A stretch of 63,535 nucleotides of DNA, the filler included, from Globobulimina sp. (Eukaryota), in assembly GCA_003354225.1 (NCBI GenBank). It is 27 parts of 27 records of this genome, joined end to end, with 100 filler letters (N's around TTAATTAATTAA, not from the genome) between each part and the next. Parts side by side here need not be neighbours in the genome. Positions count along the whole stretch, not along the records: positions 47,150 to 49,405 come from PIVH01007848.1; positions 49,506 to 51,760 come from PIVH01007849.1; positions 51,861 to 54,115 come from PIVH01007850.1; positions 54,216 to 56,470 come from PIVH01007851.1; positions 56,571 to 58,825 come from PIVH01007852.1; positions 58,926 to 61,180 come from PIVH01007853.1; 21 more parts are not named here. One strand, written 5' to 3'. Shown here piece by piece: positions 47,150 to 59,143 of the stretch; the stretch's first letter is position 1; every line of letters begins with the position of its first letter. The notes below the pieces were generated by a model. It ran no database searches. It was not told the origin of the DNA and saw only the letters and a program-made list of their open reading frames with translations. A program made the position numbers and the translations under genes.

Positions 47150-49405
47150 ATGCAGTCGGGATCAAAACTGGAATGATTTTATCACATATACGTGATGTGA
47201 ATGTATTAGGTTTGCCGTTTGAGAGTGTTAAGAAGAAGTTAATTGAATCGGATTTCCCATTAAAACTTGCCTTTGTGTTGGAAACAAACGTCATTAGATT
47301 CGATTGGGTATTATCTGCAGCATCGTTGATTAAATATGCATTGAATAATGAGTATGATCGAGATAATATGATTGAATTTTTAGTAACAGAGAAAATGTCC
47401 AATTTGGAGATAATATCCGCAATGCATTTAAGTGAGGAACATGCTGAATTGCTACCAAATGTGCATTTAATTGAAATGAGTGATATCGATATATCAAAGG
47501 AAATGAATGCAAATGTGTTATATTCGTTGTTTATGCAAACTGAATGGGCTCAAAAATATGCACCTAATTACAACGAAATATATACGCCACCAACCATTGC
47601 AATTGACAGATATAGCAAATCTGAATCAGACCTCCAATCAGTAATGGATGAAATGATGAGTACGTTTGGATTGGATATATTCGATCAACCTTGCTCTAAA
47701 TCGAAAAGTTCAAAATTATTATTCAGCAAAGATGAAAACAAAAATGATGAATATCCGGTGGACTCACCACAGACACTGAAACGACCAATATTTGTGTCGA
47801 AAATCCAAATGGATCCATCCAGCCCAATGATTGAGAAAACCAAAAGTCCCATAACTCCTATTGGCAAAATTGTAAATCGCGTGACTGGGCTATTTACGCC
47901 GAAAACGAAGAAGAAAATGAATGATGAACAGAAAGCTGCGGATATATTGAAGGTGGAAAGTCCATCATTGTATTTAGCATTGAATTCGGGCACAACTTCT
48001 GATAATTATGTGGATGAAAAAGATGACAATGTAACAAGGATGCAAAATAAACCAATTGCAAACGTTAAGAATGCTGGATTTTTATCGCAATTGCAATTAA
48101 TTAAAATAAATGCCAATGCTGGTTATGATGCGGTGGAAATTCCAAATAATTGTTATACAGAACAACATTTTGTCATCGCATTGAAGGAGAATTTTATTAC
48201 ATTTTCTGAGGATGAAATGGAAGAGATTCTGCAACATATATTGGATATTAGTGCTACATTGGAATATGGTGTCAATTTAATCTCAGATATCTCATTGAAT
48301 CAATTTGTTGTTTTTGGCGGCAAATCATCATCAAATGCAGTGGCTAAATTGTTCAACTTCATCACGGATCAAAATAAAACAACAACACCACAAATACTGA
48401 AACGACCGCAACGACCCAAGACTTTGCGACATTTATCCAAAGGGCAAGATATTAGTTTCAGTGAACCAATGATTGACAAGAATGAAATACTAAAACAAAA
48501 CGTATTCAAATCACCAAAACAATCAAAACGGCCAAAAAGGCCACAACGCTCTCGACAGCAAATTATTGTAGAAAATGTGGAGCCATTCAATGCCAATACA
48601 ACTGCAAAAAATACATACACATATACGCACACTCCATCGTCGGTAATTATACATAATGGGCCTGATGGAAAGGATGCAAATAGTCTGAATTCGAATAGTT
48701 TCAGATTGAGCCCAAAAAGGCAGATTACAAACAATGAATCTCCAAACAGTTTGAGTGTCGGCGGGAAAATCGCGAAACGGATATCCGCAATATTTGCACC
48801 AGAATCACCCAACAAACCGAAAAAAAGGACTCATAAAATTATGATTACGCCACCTGGCCATATTAATATTAATATAAATATTGACGATAACAGCACGCCA
48901 AACAGCAGTGCGAGGCAACAGGTTTTACATCGCATTTCTGGGCTATTCTCCATCTCGCGATCGCCGTCAAACAGTGCGTCACCAAAAAGGAAAAAGTTCA
49001 AAAGACCACAAAGGCCTCAAAGACCAAAATATATCACAAAAATCACTGTGGACATTGATGAAAAAAGTAACGAAAATAGCTTGAAAAGGCCACAGAGGGA
49101 AAATAAAAAAAATACAAACCGGTTAACTGTGCGGAAACAAGAGTCGTTGCATGGGCATACTGCGAGTGTTGGGCAACAAGTAATGAGTCGCATTTCTGGC
49201 TTGTTTTCAAAAAAAGAGAACCAATCGATGCATATGCGGAAAATGACAAAATTAGCAGATATCATTGCAGTTCCATCGGTATCATATTTAGAAATGTCGA
49301 ATGTGAACAGTGCGCATATCAAATTGCCGTCATATGCAGCTAAATTGCAATTGGTTTCAGATGAATCGAGTGGTGCAAGTCGTGACCATTTGAGGAGTCA
49401 TACTG
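47150..49405 (+). CDS. Large protein fragment: PDZ-like end followed by disordered SP/KRPQRP-rich region
   Basis: GIKTGMILSHIRDVNVLGLPFESVKKKLIESDFPLKLAF resembles a PDZ C-terminal half. Repeated R(V/I)(T/S)GLF and KRPQRP motifs. Confidence 0.6.
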
Positions 49406-50464
49406 NNNNNNNNNNNNNNNNNNNNNNNNNNNNNNNNNNNNNNNNNNNNTTAATTAATTAANNNNNNNNNNNNNNNNNNNNNNNNNNNNNNNNNNNNNNN
49501 NNNNNAACTAAAATGATTTTTTCTTCTCAGAAGGCTTGGAGCAGAATGATCAGAGTAGACCAGGGGGGGGTGTAACGAGGCCATTTTGGCAAAATATGAT
49601 CCACGCCAGCTACCTTATTTCACTACTACTCTCCAATACTTTGGGCTAGGGACTTGAAACTTGCTATAGGTAGAGTATGTCCATGTACCATGTCAATCAT
49701 CACCAACTTACCTCTGGCGCCACCTCTGACCCTGGGAGCCAGGGTCATTTTCACCCCCAGGTCATGACCAAAAATATGACCTTCGGGAAATTAGTGGCAA
49801 TTTCGTCAATCTTTGAGCCACAAACTCCGAGTTGAACTTAAAACCTTCTCCGGGCATCGCCAAACACTCTCCATGAAACGCAGACCTCCTACGACCCCCA
49901 GGTCCGGAGATATGACCCCTGGCGTTTGATACCTTTTTGGAACCCTGGATTTCTAAATTTTCAACCAACTCGAACTCACCTTTTCGACCATAACTCACCA
50001 ACCAGTCGGAGTTAGGGGTCCATCTTGCTTTCATTGGATACCCCTCGATCAGGGGCATCGACTGTTTCCCCCTACTTCCCAAAAATACCCCCCATAAACG
50101 TACCCCTATCGCAAATATGTACCCCTATCCACATTTGCGGCTCTGGTTTTGCATCTTCTATCGCGATTTTCTCAAAAACGAAAACAGATATCAAAATTCT
50201 GTTATACTCAATTTTTCGCCTTTCCTCAAGCTTTCGATTGCACTATTAAACATCAATTTTAGACCCCTATTTCCCTGTTGCCACTGCGTCTGTTTGAAGG
50301 GTACCCCTATACCCCTAAAAAATTGCTCAGAAAAATGGCCATAAAATGTCAAATAATTCTTCGTTTGTGCTAAAAATTGGAATATAGGGTTACTTTTGCA
50401 TGCCCGACACGATGGTGGTATCAGTTTTGCTCGATTCGAAAAAGAATTTTCACCTCCACATACA

Positions 50465-50870
50465 GCTGTCATGGGTTCGATCCCCGCCATGAGAACTTTT
50501 TTTATATCTTTTTATAACTTTTGTTTTCTGGTACGGGAGGGCTCGCAAGTTAAAAACCGAGTATTTTTAAGACACCACGGGCATGTTCGAACCCGGCGGT
50601 GAGAACTTTTTTTTATTTCTTTTTCTTTTTTTTATAATTTTAGTTTTCATGTCCGGGAGGGCACGCAAATTAAAAATCGAGTATTTTTAAGACACCACGG
50701 GCATGTTCGAACCCGGCGGTGAGAACTTTTTTTTTATTTTTTTTTATTTTTTTATAATTTTAGTTTTCATGTCCGGGAGGGCACGCAAATTATTTTTTAC
50801 GACACCACGGGCAAGTTCGAACCCGGCGATGAGAAAAAATTTTTTATTTCTTTTTATTTTAATTTTTTGA
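50465..50870 (+). repeat. Tandem 110-120 bp repeats each carrying a tRNA T-arm/B-box-like GTTCGA motif followed by oligo-T
   Basis: GTTCGA(A/T)CCC at 50475, 50585, 50705 and 50815. Units 2 and 3 are nearly identical. Confidence 0.85.
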
Positions 50871-52143
50871 GCGACAAAATAGGAAATGACAAAAAATAAT
50901 GCGTTTTTTCTTACTTCGGCGTACTGGAGTGGCTTACTTACTATAACAGTCGTCATTTTTATAAAATACCTATAATAAGTCCTCTAATGGAACTGGAAAT
51001 AAGTACTCGGTCGGGTGTACTTTCGCAACCTGAACATGTTGCTGAAATTGGTTTCGAACGACTCCCAAGAAAAATCAATGACATGACATGGTTCGGTCCC
51101 CAGGATGAGAAGATTTTTTTAAAATATTTCTTTACAACTTTCATTTTTATATTAAAGATAACACATGTAATTAAAAAAAAACAAGTATGGGTATGAGTTG
51201 AGTTTAATTTTTAGACATTTACAATATTGCTAACATGGTACATATTTTCATAATGTATAACGCACTTAGACACACAACTAAAAAAGTATGAGTACAACAA
51301 ACGGAGCCCTAATAAGACAAAAAAATTCATTTAAAATGGTGTGTTAACAGTGTCTAATGGCGTATTATCGATTAAATGAACAAAATAAAGTAAAAATGTA
51401 CAGGTTTTCAGGTTAAATGTACAATAAGGTGCCATCAGTTGCAAAATTTTCCCATAATCTGTCTTGTTGTTTGTTTTGCCCATTTGTCGATTGTACTTGG
51501 GAAATAAATTGGAGCTTGCTGCTCAACCATGGCCTTGATCTCCGATGTTAAGCTTGCTGCATTACTTTGTTGGCAATGGTCACCCTGCTCAAGTGGCACT
51601 CTGTTGATTGCATTTGTCGCAAAGTGCCGTAAATATTCGACCAGTCTACTCTGGAGCAGTCTATTACGAGGCACAGTGAAAATCATAGTACCTACTGGGG
51701 TCCAACTGACATAGAGTGCTGCATCAGCATTCAGAGCAGTAATCTCCAAAAGGACCTGAANNNNNNNNNNNNNNNNNNNNNNNNNNNNNNNNNNNNNNNN
51801 NNNNTTAATTAATTAANNNNNNNNNNNNNNNNNNNNNNNNNNNNNNNNNNNNNNNNNNNNAGTTTGGAAAGAGAGAATTACCGGGAAACGTTGGGAGAGA
51901 GATGGCACAAAAGAATGTGTTGGTTGAATTGAGTGTCTTGTCAAAGTTAACTACAATCCCAGAACACGAGGTAACGACTCCCAGTATCACGTTGACGCAG
52001 ACACAAGAACAAGAAGAGACAAACCCTAGCAAATAAGCTATTTTGTCGATCATTTTTTTATTCTATTTGCATTGTACTTTATTTACCACTCTTGTTATTT
52101 ACTTTAGAATAGTTGGTTTTCTATTGCAACTCATCGTTAATTG

Positions 52144-53255
52144 ATGCTGTCCAGAGTACGAGTCGCGTTGTATCCCGTAACATTACGAAAATGCACATTT
52201 GCTACATCGTCTTCAGAGAAATGGCTAGATATAGATGGTTTCTCGAGATATCAAGTTTCATCATTTGGAAACGTGAGGAATGTTCAGTCGAATAGATTAT
52301 TTACCATTAATAATGAGAGATTCAAAAAGCTGAACGTGAGGCCAAGTGTGATGCTTATATCAGACAGTGGTAAATGTACGAGTTTGAATCTTAGTCGGAT
52401 GATATTGAAATGTTTTGATCCAAAGGACGATGCAGATGAGTTATATGCACTGCACATTGATGGCAACAAATATAACAACAACTTATCCAATCTACAATGG
52501 AATGACAAAATTCTTCGACACGCTCAGAACACATGGGGTGAGCCTGTAACATTACAAGCGATGACAACAAAGCCAGATATGCATTTTTATTCTGTAACAG
52601 CGTGTTCGAAACATTTCAAACCTGCACCGGCTACACAAACAATATCCAGATGGTGTTATCAGAAGAAAATAAGGCATGGATATAAATTTATGTTTGTGAA
52701 TGAGTCAAAATATTGTCAAAAAATTCTTGATTTAAATGGTGAGAAATGGAAGTTATTTCATGAAACAAAATCAATGAAAATTAAATGTTATATCTCATCA
52801 TTTGGAAGAGCAAAAAAGGTGTATTCAAATGGTAGAGAATCGTTATACAGAACACAGATTGTCAATGGATATCATCAGCTTAACATGAATATTGGTAACC
52901 ATTCAAGACTTGTGTCAAGAATTGTGGCGCTATACTTCGTGGATAATCCACGCAAGCATACGTTTGTTGATCATAAAGATTGCACTCCAACCAACAATCA
53001 TGCATCAAATCTAAGATGGATAAAAGACCTAAAACAAAATGCAAACAATCCAATATCCAAACAGCGATATTCAGAGGCAAAGCAGAGCAAAAAAAAGTTG
53101 AACAATTAACTTTGGATGGATCTGTTATCAACGTATGGGATCGACCAATATGTATTGAGACACTTGGTTACAATCATGGTTATATACTAACTGTTTGTAA
53201 TGGCAGAAGAAAGACGGCATACGGTTTCAAATGGCGTTTTCATTCATCACAATAA
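52144..53255 (+). CDS. Tandem (NUMOD4-HNH-NUMOD1)x2 homing-endonuclease-like protein; -1 frame change at A8 run 53089-53096
   Basis: NUMOD4 motifs WLDIDGFSRYQVSSFGNVRN and EKWK...CYISSFGR. HNH motifs LHIDGNKYNNNLSNLQW and VSRIVALYFVDNP...VDHKD..PTNNHASNLRW. NUMOD1 motifs FYSVTACS..ISRWC..HGYKF and VEQLTLDG...VCNGRRKTAYGFKWRF. Confidence 0.88.
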
Positions 53256-53426
53256 CACGTTTCCATTCATGCGCATTTGTTGCTATTTTTTGGAAGCTAG
53301 TAAAACGACTAAAACCCCGTTTCAATTGAATTCAATTAAAAGTTCATGTATAAAAAAAAGGTGAAAATGCCTTCGGTTTAAAAGTTAAAAATACACTATA
53401 ACACAAAAATAAAATATTATTATTGT

Positions 53427-54115
53427 TTAATAATCGGAACTCGACCAATCCGAACCAGTCTCACTATCACTATCGTCCGCCATAAACTGTCTCCGATTCA
53501 ATATCGCAAAGATTGTATTATCCACACTTTCCTCTTTTTTTACATTGATCTTATCCGCGGCCACTTTCTTCAATCCAGTTTGTCCTTTTTTTTTCAACGC
53601 AGCCAGCAACATATCTCTTTTCTCCATTTTCGGCTCTCTCTTCACCACAGTCGTCTTTTTCAACTGTATCCCACTGCGAATGCCTGCCATCAACGCATTA
53701 GGCTTCGATGCATTCGCAGCTTTGGGTGATGCCGCTTTCTGTACAGCCACTGGCCGCCTATACGCACCCGACGACTCTGCTCGCTGTGCACTCAACGCCG
53801 CCATCTCAGCCCCCGTCAATTTCTTCTTCTGCACTGGTACGCGGGGTACGGGCGGTGGTCCACTGGCAATGGGCACTGGCGGTGGTCCTCCACCTCCATT
53901 CGCGACGCCATGGCCAGGTACTGGCACAGGCGGAGGCCCTCCACCCCCACCCACTGCATTTGGCACCGGCGGCGGTCCACACCCTGCCACAGTCACGCCA
54001 CCTGGCTTTGCAACAGGCACTGGCGGAGGGCCTCCCACTGCGACACCAGGCACCGGCGGGGGTCCACCACCAGAGCCACCCGGATGTTTCTCCTCCATCG
54101 CAGCTGCAGCTATCA
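53427..54115 (-). CDS. WASP/WAVE-family actin nucleation-promoting factor C-terminus (polyproline, 2x WH2, C, A)
   Basis: GPPPVP repeats; WH2 motifs ALMAGIRSGIQLKKT and MLLAALKKKGQTGLKKV; central IFAILNRRQFM; acidic DDSDSETGSDW. Confidence 0.85.
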
Positions 54116-54299
54116 NNNNNNNNNNNNNNNNNNNNNNNNNNNNNNNNNNNNNNNNNNNNTTAATTAATTAANNNNNNNNNNNNNNNNNNNNNNNNNNNNN
54201 NNNNNNNNNNNNNNNTTCAACAACTAACACACACACATAATATCAAAATAAGCAGAAATTCTGCGTTACACTTGAATTTATGACGTATTAAAATATGTT

Positions 54300-54319
54300 C
54301 ATGACTACTAGTAGTCATG
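54300..54319. repeat. Perfect 20-bp palindrome CATGACTACTAGTAGTCATG
   Basis: Self-complementary, followed by a short GC hairpin AGGGGCTGCGGCCCTG. Confidence 0.85.
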
Positions 54320-54411
54320 TTTTTCGGCTAAATCTAGGGGCTGCGGCCCTGCAAAAAACTTAAAAAAAACGAAAAGATGTGGTAGTACTGAATCTATATC
54401 CGGCTTCATTC

Positions 54412-56470
54412 TCACCAATTTGTTTTTTGTGCGTATTCTTGCCATATCTGAAAGTGTGTTTTTTGTTGACGATGCTGTCCATATATTGCTTGTTGTTGAC
54501 GATGTTGTCTTTGTATTTGTGCAGTTAACTCATTGTGTTTTTGTAATAATTTATTTTTTAAAATCATAATTTTTTCTTGTTCCTGTTTTAATATTGTTTG
54601 ATCAGCACAGAATTTTAATTTTGGTAATTGATGTTTAATACTTTGATTTACTTTTGTATTCCACAAATAACCCCCACAAACACAATAGATATACAACTCA
54701 TCATTGTCATAGCCGTACCACCCTTGAATTAAACAAATAACATCGTCGGATAACAATCTCACGCCTTTAAATGCGTTGCTTTCCCAGCATTGTCTAAGAA
54801 ATGCATCAATTAATATGGTGGTCTTATTTATAATAAGTGGATAAAAAAATGGATACTCTTTCAACGGCATTGGATACTCTGCTCTTTCAACGGCATTTGA
54901 AAGCAAAATATTGACGGAATCAAAGTAAATTAATTTATAATTTGATATATCTAATAACAATATTTTCCCAGCAGAAGAACAGATGTTACTGCTGTTTGAC
55001 AATGGAGATCCTGGGAAAATGAGCACATATTTCTCATCATTGGTTAATGCGAAACCAAACATATAATCCAATGACAGCGGATCATTTTTATATTTTATTG
55101 AAAACCATTTATTTTGTTTCAATGAATGAACATAAAGTTGATCTCCAAAATAGCGTCCAAATAACAGTAAAATATTCCTATGTCTACAATGAATAAATGC
55201 AGTGTTAGCGTTTGAATACAAATGTTGTGTTTTTGGGGTCAAATTATTCAAACAATGTGCTAATTGTGCTTCTTGTTTCATTTCTTTATTCCAAATAAAA
55301 TGCATTCCGATTTCTTTATTTTGTTCCACCACAATCGCAAAAAAATGAAACATATTTTCAACCAATAACATAACATCGGGAAGGTGTGGGAAAAAAACAT
55401 AATATTTCACACTTTCAGATGTCAATAAATCAAGTTGTGTGATATAGAAATTACATGCTATTTTTTGTGATAATATATAAAGTATATTTTTGTCTTCATT
55501 TAAACAACAAGTCACAATTTGAAAATCATGTGTTCTCCAAACAATCCATTTATTTGACGTTATAAAATATTTATATATATTATAGTCACTTATTTGTATA
55601 ATACAGGATATTGATAGATTGATATTGGAATTTATTTATTTCTAATTATGCAATTGTAGTGATCATAATTAGAAAGCAATAAAATATTCAATATATCAAT
55701 GTATAATATTGCAAAATAACTAAAATACCTCACTGCGATAATTTCATTGTTATTTAAGGACATCAATTTCTTAATGTTTCCGTGTGTATCCTTCGAATAC
55801 GGATTGGCTGTCAACGCTTTCCAGTTTAACAAATCCATCGAAATATCAACATATTCATATTTCGTTCTAAACACAGATATTTGTTGAGAGTTATCTGTAT
55901 GTGTCCATTCCGCACAATTCCTACTCTGACATTCATACATAACCTAACACAAAATCAAAGATAATGATCACAGAACAAACATTTTGTTACAGAACTTGTG
56001 ACCTAACATACTTCAACTTGGCCAGAGTTACAATCCACATTTGTTACTTTACCGCATGTCCACTGACCAAACAACGTTGGTTTAAAATCAACCATATCAC
56101 CAACCGATAATTGCTGCAATCGATGAGCAGGTCGGGCAGAGATAGAGCCACTGACTGCAAACTGTTGTAAGTCGGTTGTATAATCACACCACGTATCAAA
56201 AAGGGAAGGCAACTCATCCATATGCACCAATAATTGTGTGTTTTTCTTGTGTAACACTGTAGAATGCATAAATTTGCCATGAGTGTTCCTAAAATCTATT
56301 TTGTCCCAAGCTCTCAGATTCTGCGCAGTAACTGAGTCCATATGAGCTGTGAAGGGCACATTATTGAGTGCTGCTTTTGCAGTGTTTATTAATTGCTGCA
56401 ATTCTGAGGGACGATTTAATAATTTTATTAATTTGTTGGTGTTCCATTGTAACATCATTCCAGTGATTTT
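54412..56470 (-). CDS. MLLE/PABC-like + tandem Tudor/Agenet-like + Kelch-like protein; introns ~55944-56010 and 55589-55728; 5' truncated
   Basis: KITGMMLQW..NKLIKLL..PSELQQLINTAKAAL (KITGMLLE motif); DKIDFRN..GKF..STV....LLVH....FDTW and VGDMVDF..GQW..GKV; LLLFG and VLIFPG Kelch-like blades. Both introns splice in frame. Confidence 0.65.
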
Positions 56471-56570
56471 NNNNNNNNNNNNNNNNNNNNNNNNNNNNNN
56501 NNNNNNNNNNNNNNTTAATTAATTAANNNNNNNNNNNNNNNNNNNNNNNNNNNNNNNNNNNNNNNNNNNN

Positions 56571-56845
56571 AAATCATTGAATATAAGCTACCATCTCCTA
56601 AATTATAACAGACACCGGTGGCTTGGGCTTGTGGAATGCACAAAGCATCGGCACTGGAACAGCACACGGCTTCTCCATCATCGCCAACTTCCGGCTGCGG
56701 CGTCTTGGGATCAACGGTGCACGAATTGCCTACCACATAATTATCGTCTCCGCCGCATTCAAATGAATTTAGTTCAGAGTCTGCCATGGAAGGGGTATAA
56801 TCTACAATTGTGCCGGTTTGAGCCTGACAAGTATCACTCCTCCAC
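56571..56845 (-). CDS. Cys-containing secreted-type protein fragment (probably chimeric with neighbour)
   Basis: GC-richer open frame ...FECGGDDNYVVGNSCTVDP...VCCSSADALCIPQ. Composition changes abruptly at ~56870. Confidence 0.4.
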
Positions 56846-56846
56846 C

Positions 56847-58825
56847 TTATTGTCCTGTTGTGGCTGTTTTTCCACAACTATGCAAGTCAAATTGCCGATA
56901 AATTTCATCGGTATATCTTGGTATTTTGACATTTGTATGATTTATTTCTTTAAACTGAAATAATAAATATTCATTAGGTAAATCCATTTGAAAATATAAT
57001 TGGTAATTAATCCATTCCTTTTTTGCAATAAAGATTTTATATAAAATATCTCCGTCATTATCCTCTTTTATTCGATAACAAAATTGAATATAACATTGTG
57101 CATTGTCCATATATTTATTAATTACACTCTGTAATGTATCATATTTATTTATCCATGAATATAATGGCAATCCTATATAACAGTAATTTGTTTTAAATTT
57201 AATTTGTAATTTAATGTTTCTTGTTCCGTCAACCGGCTTAACCCGAATCATAAATAAATCTAAATTCACAACATGTTGATCAAACGTATACGTATTTAAT
57301 GTCTTTATGGGTTCCATTTCGTAATGATTTTGAAAACAGTCTGGTCTTTCATGCAAAATAAATTTCATTCCCAGACATGGTTTTCTTTTAATTTTTTCTG
57401 GTTGCTTAAGATCACAGTCCTTACTGTCATCTATATCATCATCTTTATTATCATAATTACTGTAATAATATAAATAAATTAAATCTTTAAAATACTCATA
57501 GAAAATATGATCAGTTGTCTGAGATTTAAGCATTATACCAAACAAATCTTGAATAAAATCATCAGTTTTAAATTGTGCTTTATACGCAATTGTAATAGTT
57601 TTGCATTGAGTATGTTCAGAATAAAATGGATATGCCCCATTGGTCGGAGTATATATATTCACATTATATAATGTATTTTGATTGTTAACATCATAAACAT
57701 TACATATAATATAACAGTCATATTTATCCATATGTGCATAATCATTATCACGGTCATCATCAAACATTCTTTCGTGGAATTGAATATATTTTGGTGCTAT
57801 AATACCACCGTATATTTTACTTATTTTCTGTTTCAAAACACTTATTTGATTGACGGCTGCATTAATTCTAAATTCAAACTTTGATATATTGACTAAATCG
57901 TACGTTGTTTGTATATCACAATCAAATATTTGCCGTTCATATTTATTCAGTCGGTTTGCATAATGATGTTTCATACATAATTTTAATGCATTTTTATCTA
58001 TTTTCATTTTCACCAAAACACCTCTCATATTTTCATAAACCTTAACAACATTTGACTCAAATTTAATATTATTTTCTTTGCATTTTGTTTTAATAATATT
58101 CAATTTATCGGCAGCACCTGTAATAAACCATGGATGTTTATCATTAATTTGTAATGTGTATACATTGCCTGCCAATCTATCAAATAACGAACATCTTTGT
58201 TTTGTTGTACGTCGACATATATACAGACTCAATTTGGCCTCACCGGGCCATGGATTATTATTCATTTGTTTAAGAATATGCTGTAAGTCATCATACCATT
58301 TACTGTCAACTCCATCGATGGCAATAAACGCATTTTCAACATATTTAAATAACTCCGCCACTCCAATACCAACTTGAAATAAAATAAATTGAACAGTGCC
58401 AACAGTTTGATTCATAATATCAAAATAACGCAATATCATTAATTTATAATTATAACTACAATCAATATTTTTTCTTAATTTATCGAATATTTTGCAACAA
58501 TTCCTCTCTAAAATAACTGTTTTTGTTTTATCTAAAATTAAATATGGACACTGATACCTCGATGATGTTAATCTAAAATTAGTATAATAACTACTAAAAT
58601 TAATCAGTTCGTGATCTTGAAATAACAATATATTATTTTCATCGATGTTGTATGTTTGACTCCAATGTGTATATAACGAACGGAATGATTTTTCGCCATT
58701 ATACCTTGTGGTGGTTACAAACGAGTAATTACATGGATTGATACCATTTATATCATGATTTATAAGCATATTATTTCCATTTATAGATTTGATGGGAATT
58801 TTTCTGTTTAACAGCATTTCCTTTA
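56847..58825 (-). CDS. Protein with putative USP7 C-terminal-type ubiquitin-like repeats; 5' truncated
   Basis: LMILRYFD..NQTV..V and IGLPLYSWI...DTLQSV resemble USP7 Ubl motifs (LFFKLYDP..QEL.Y; GIPF...I...E.F..V). Otherwise divergent. Confidence 0.4.
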
Positions 58826-59143
58826 NNNNNNNNNNNNNNNNNNNNNNNNNNNNNNNNNNNNNNNNNNNNTTAATTAATTAANNNNNNNNNNNNNNNNNNN
58901 NNNNNNNNNNNNNNNNNNNNNNNNNACTGTATGCACACATTTTCCGTGTAATATGTACAAAAGTTCAGAAGGTGTTCGTTTTTGCAGAGTGTTGAGACTA
59001 TATAAAAAATGTGCTCATTTTTCATGTTTACTTAAGCTTACTTTGACTAAAAAGTTTTTCACTGTAAAGGTGTCATCTTCTTAAAGCAAGAAGAAGTCGA
59101 AGAACATATTGATGTCTCTGATAACGAACAGGGCAACGATGGC

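Noticed and set aside
50465-50870. CRISPR array or true tRNA genes
   Set aside because: The whole unit is repeated with no unique spacers, no cas genes are present, and no D-arm or anticodon cloverleaf can be built.
49506-51200. Short ORFs in the repeat-rich contig as protein genes
   Set aside because: No motifs; they overlap tandem repeats and T-tracts and are likely non-coding repeat DNA.
53545-54171. 208-aa Gly/Pro-rich plus-strand ORF and similar antisense ORFs in the track
   Set aside because: Shadow frames of genuine genes on the opposite strand.
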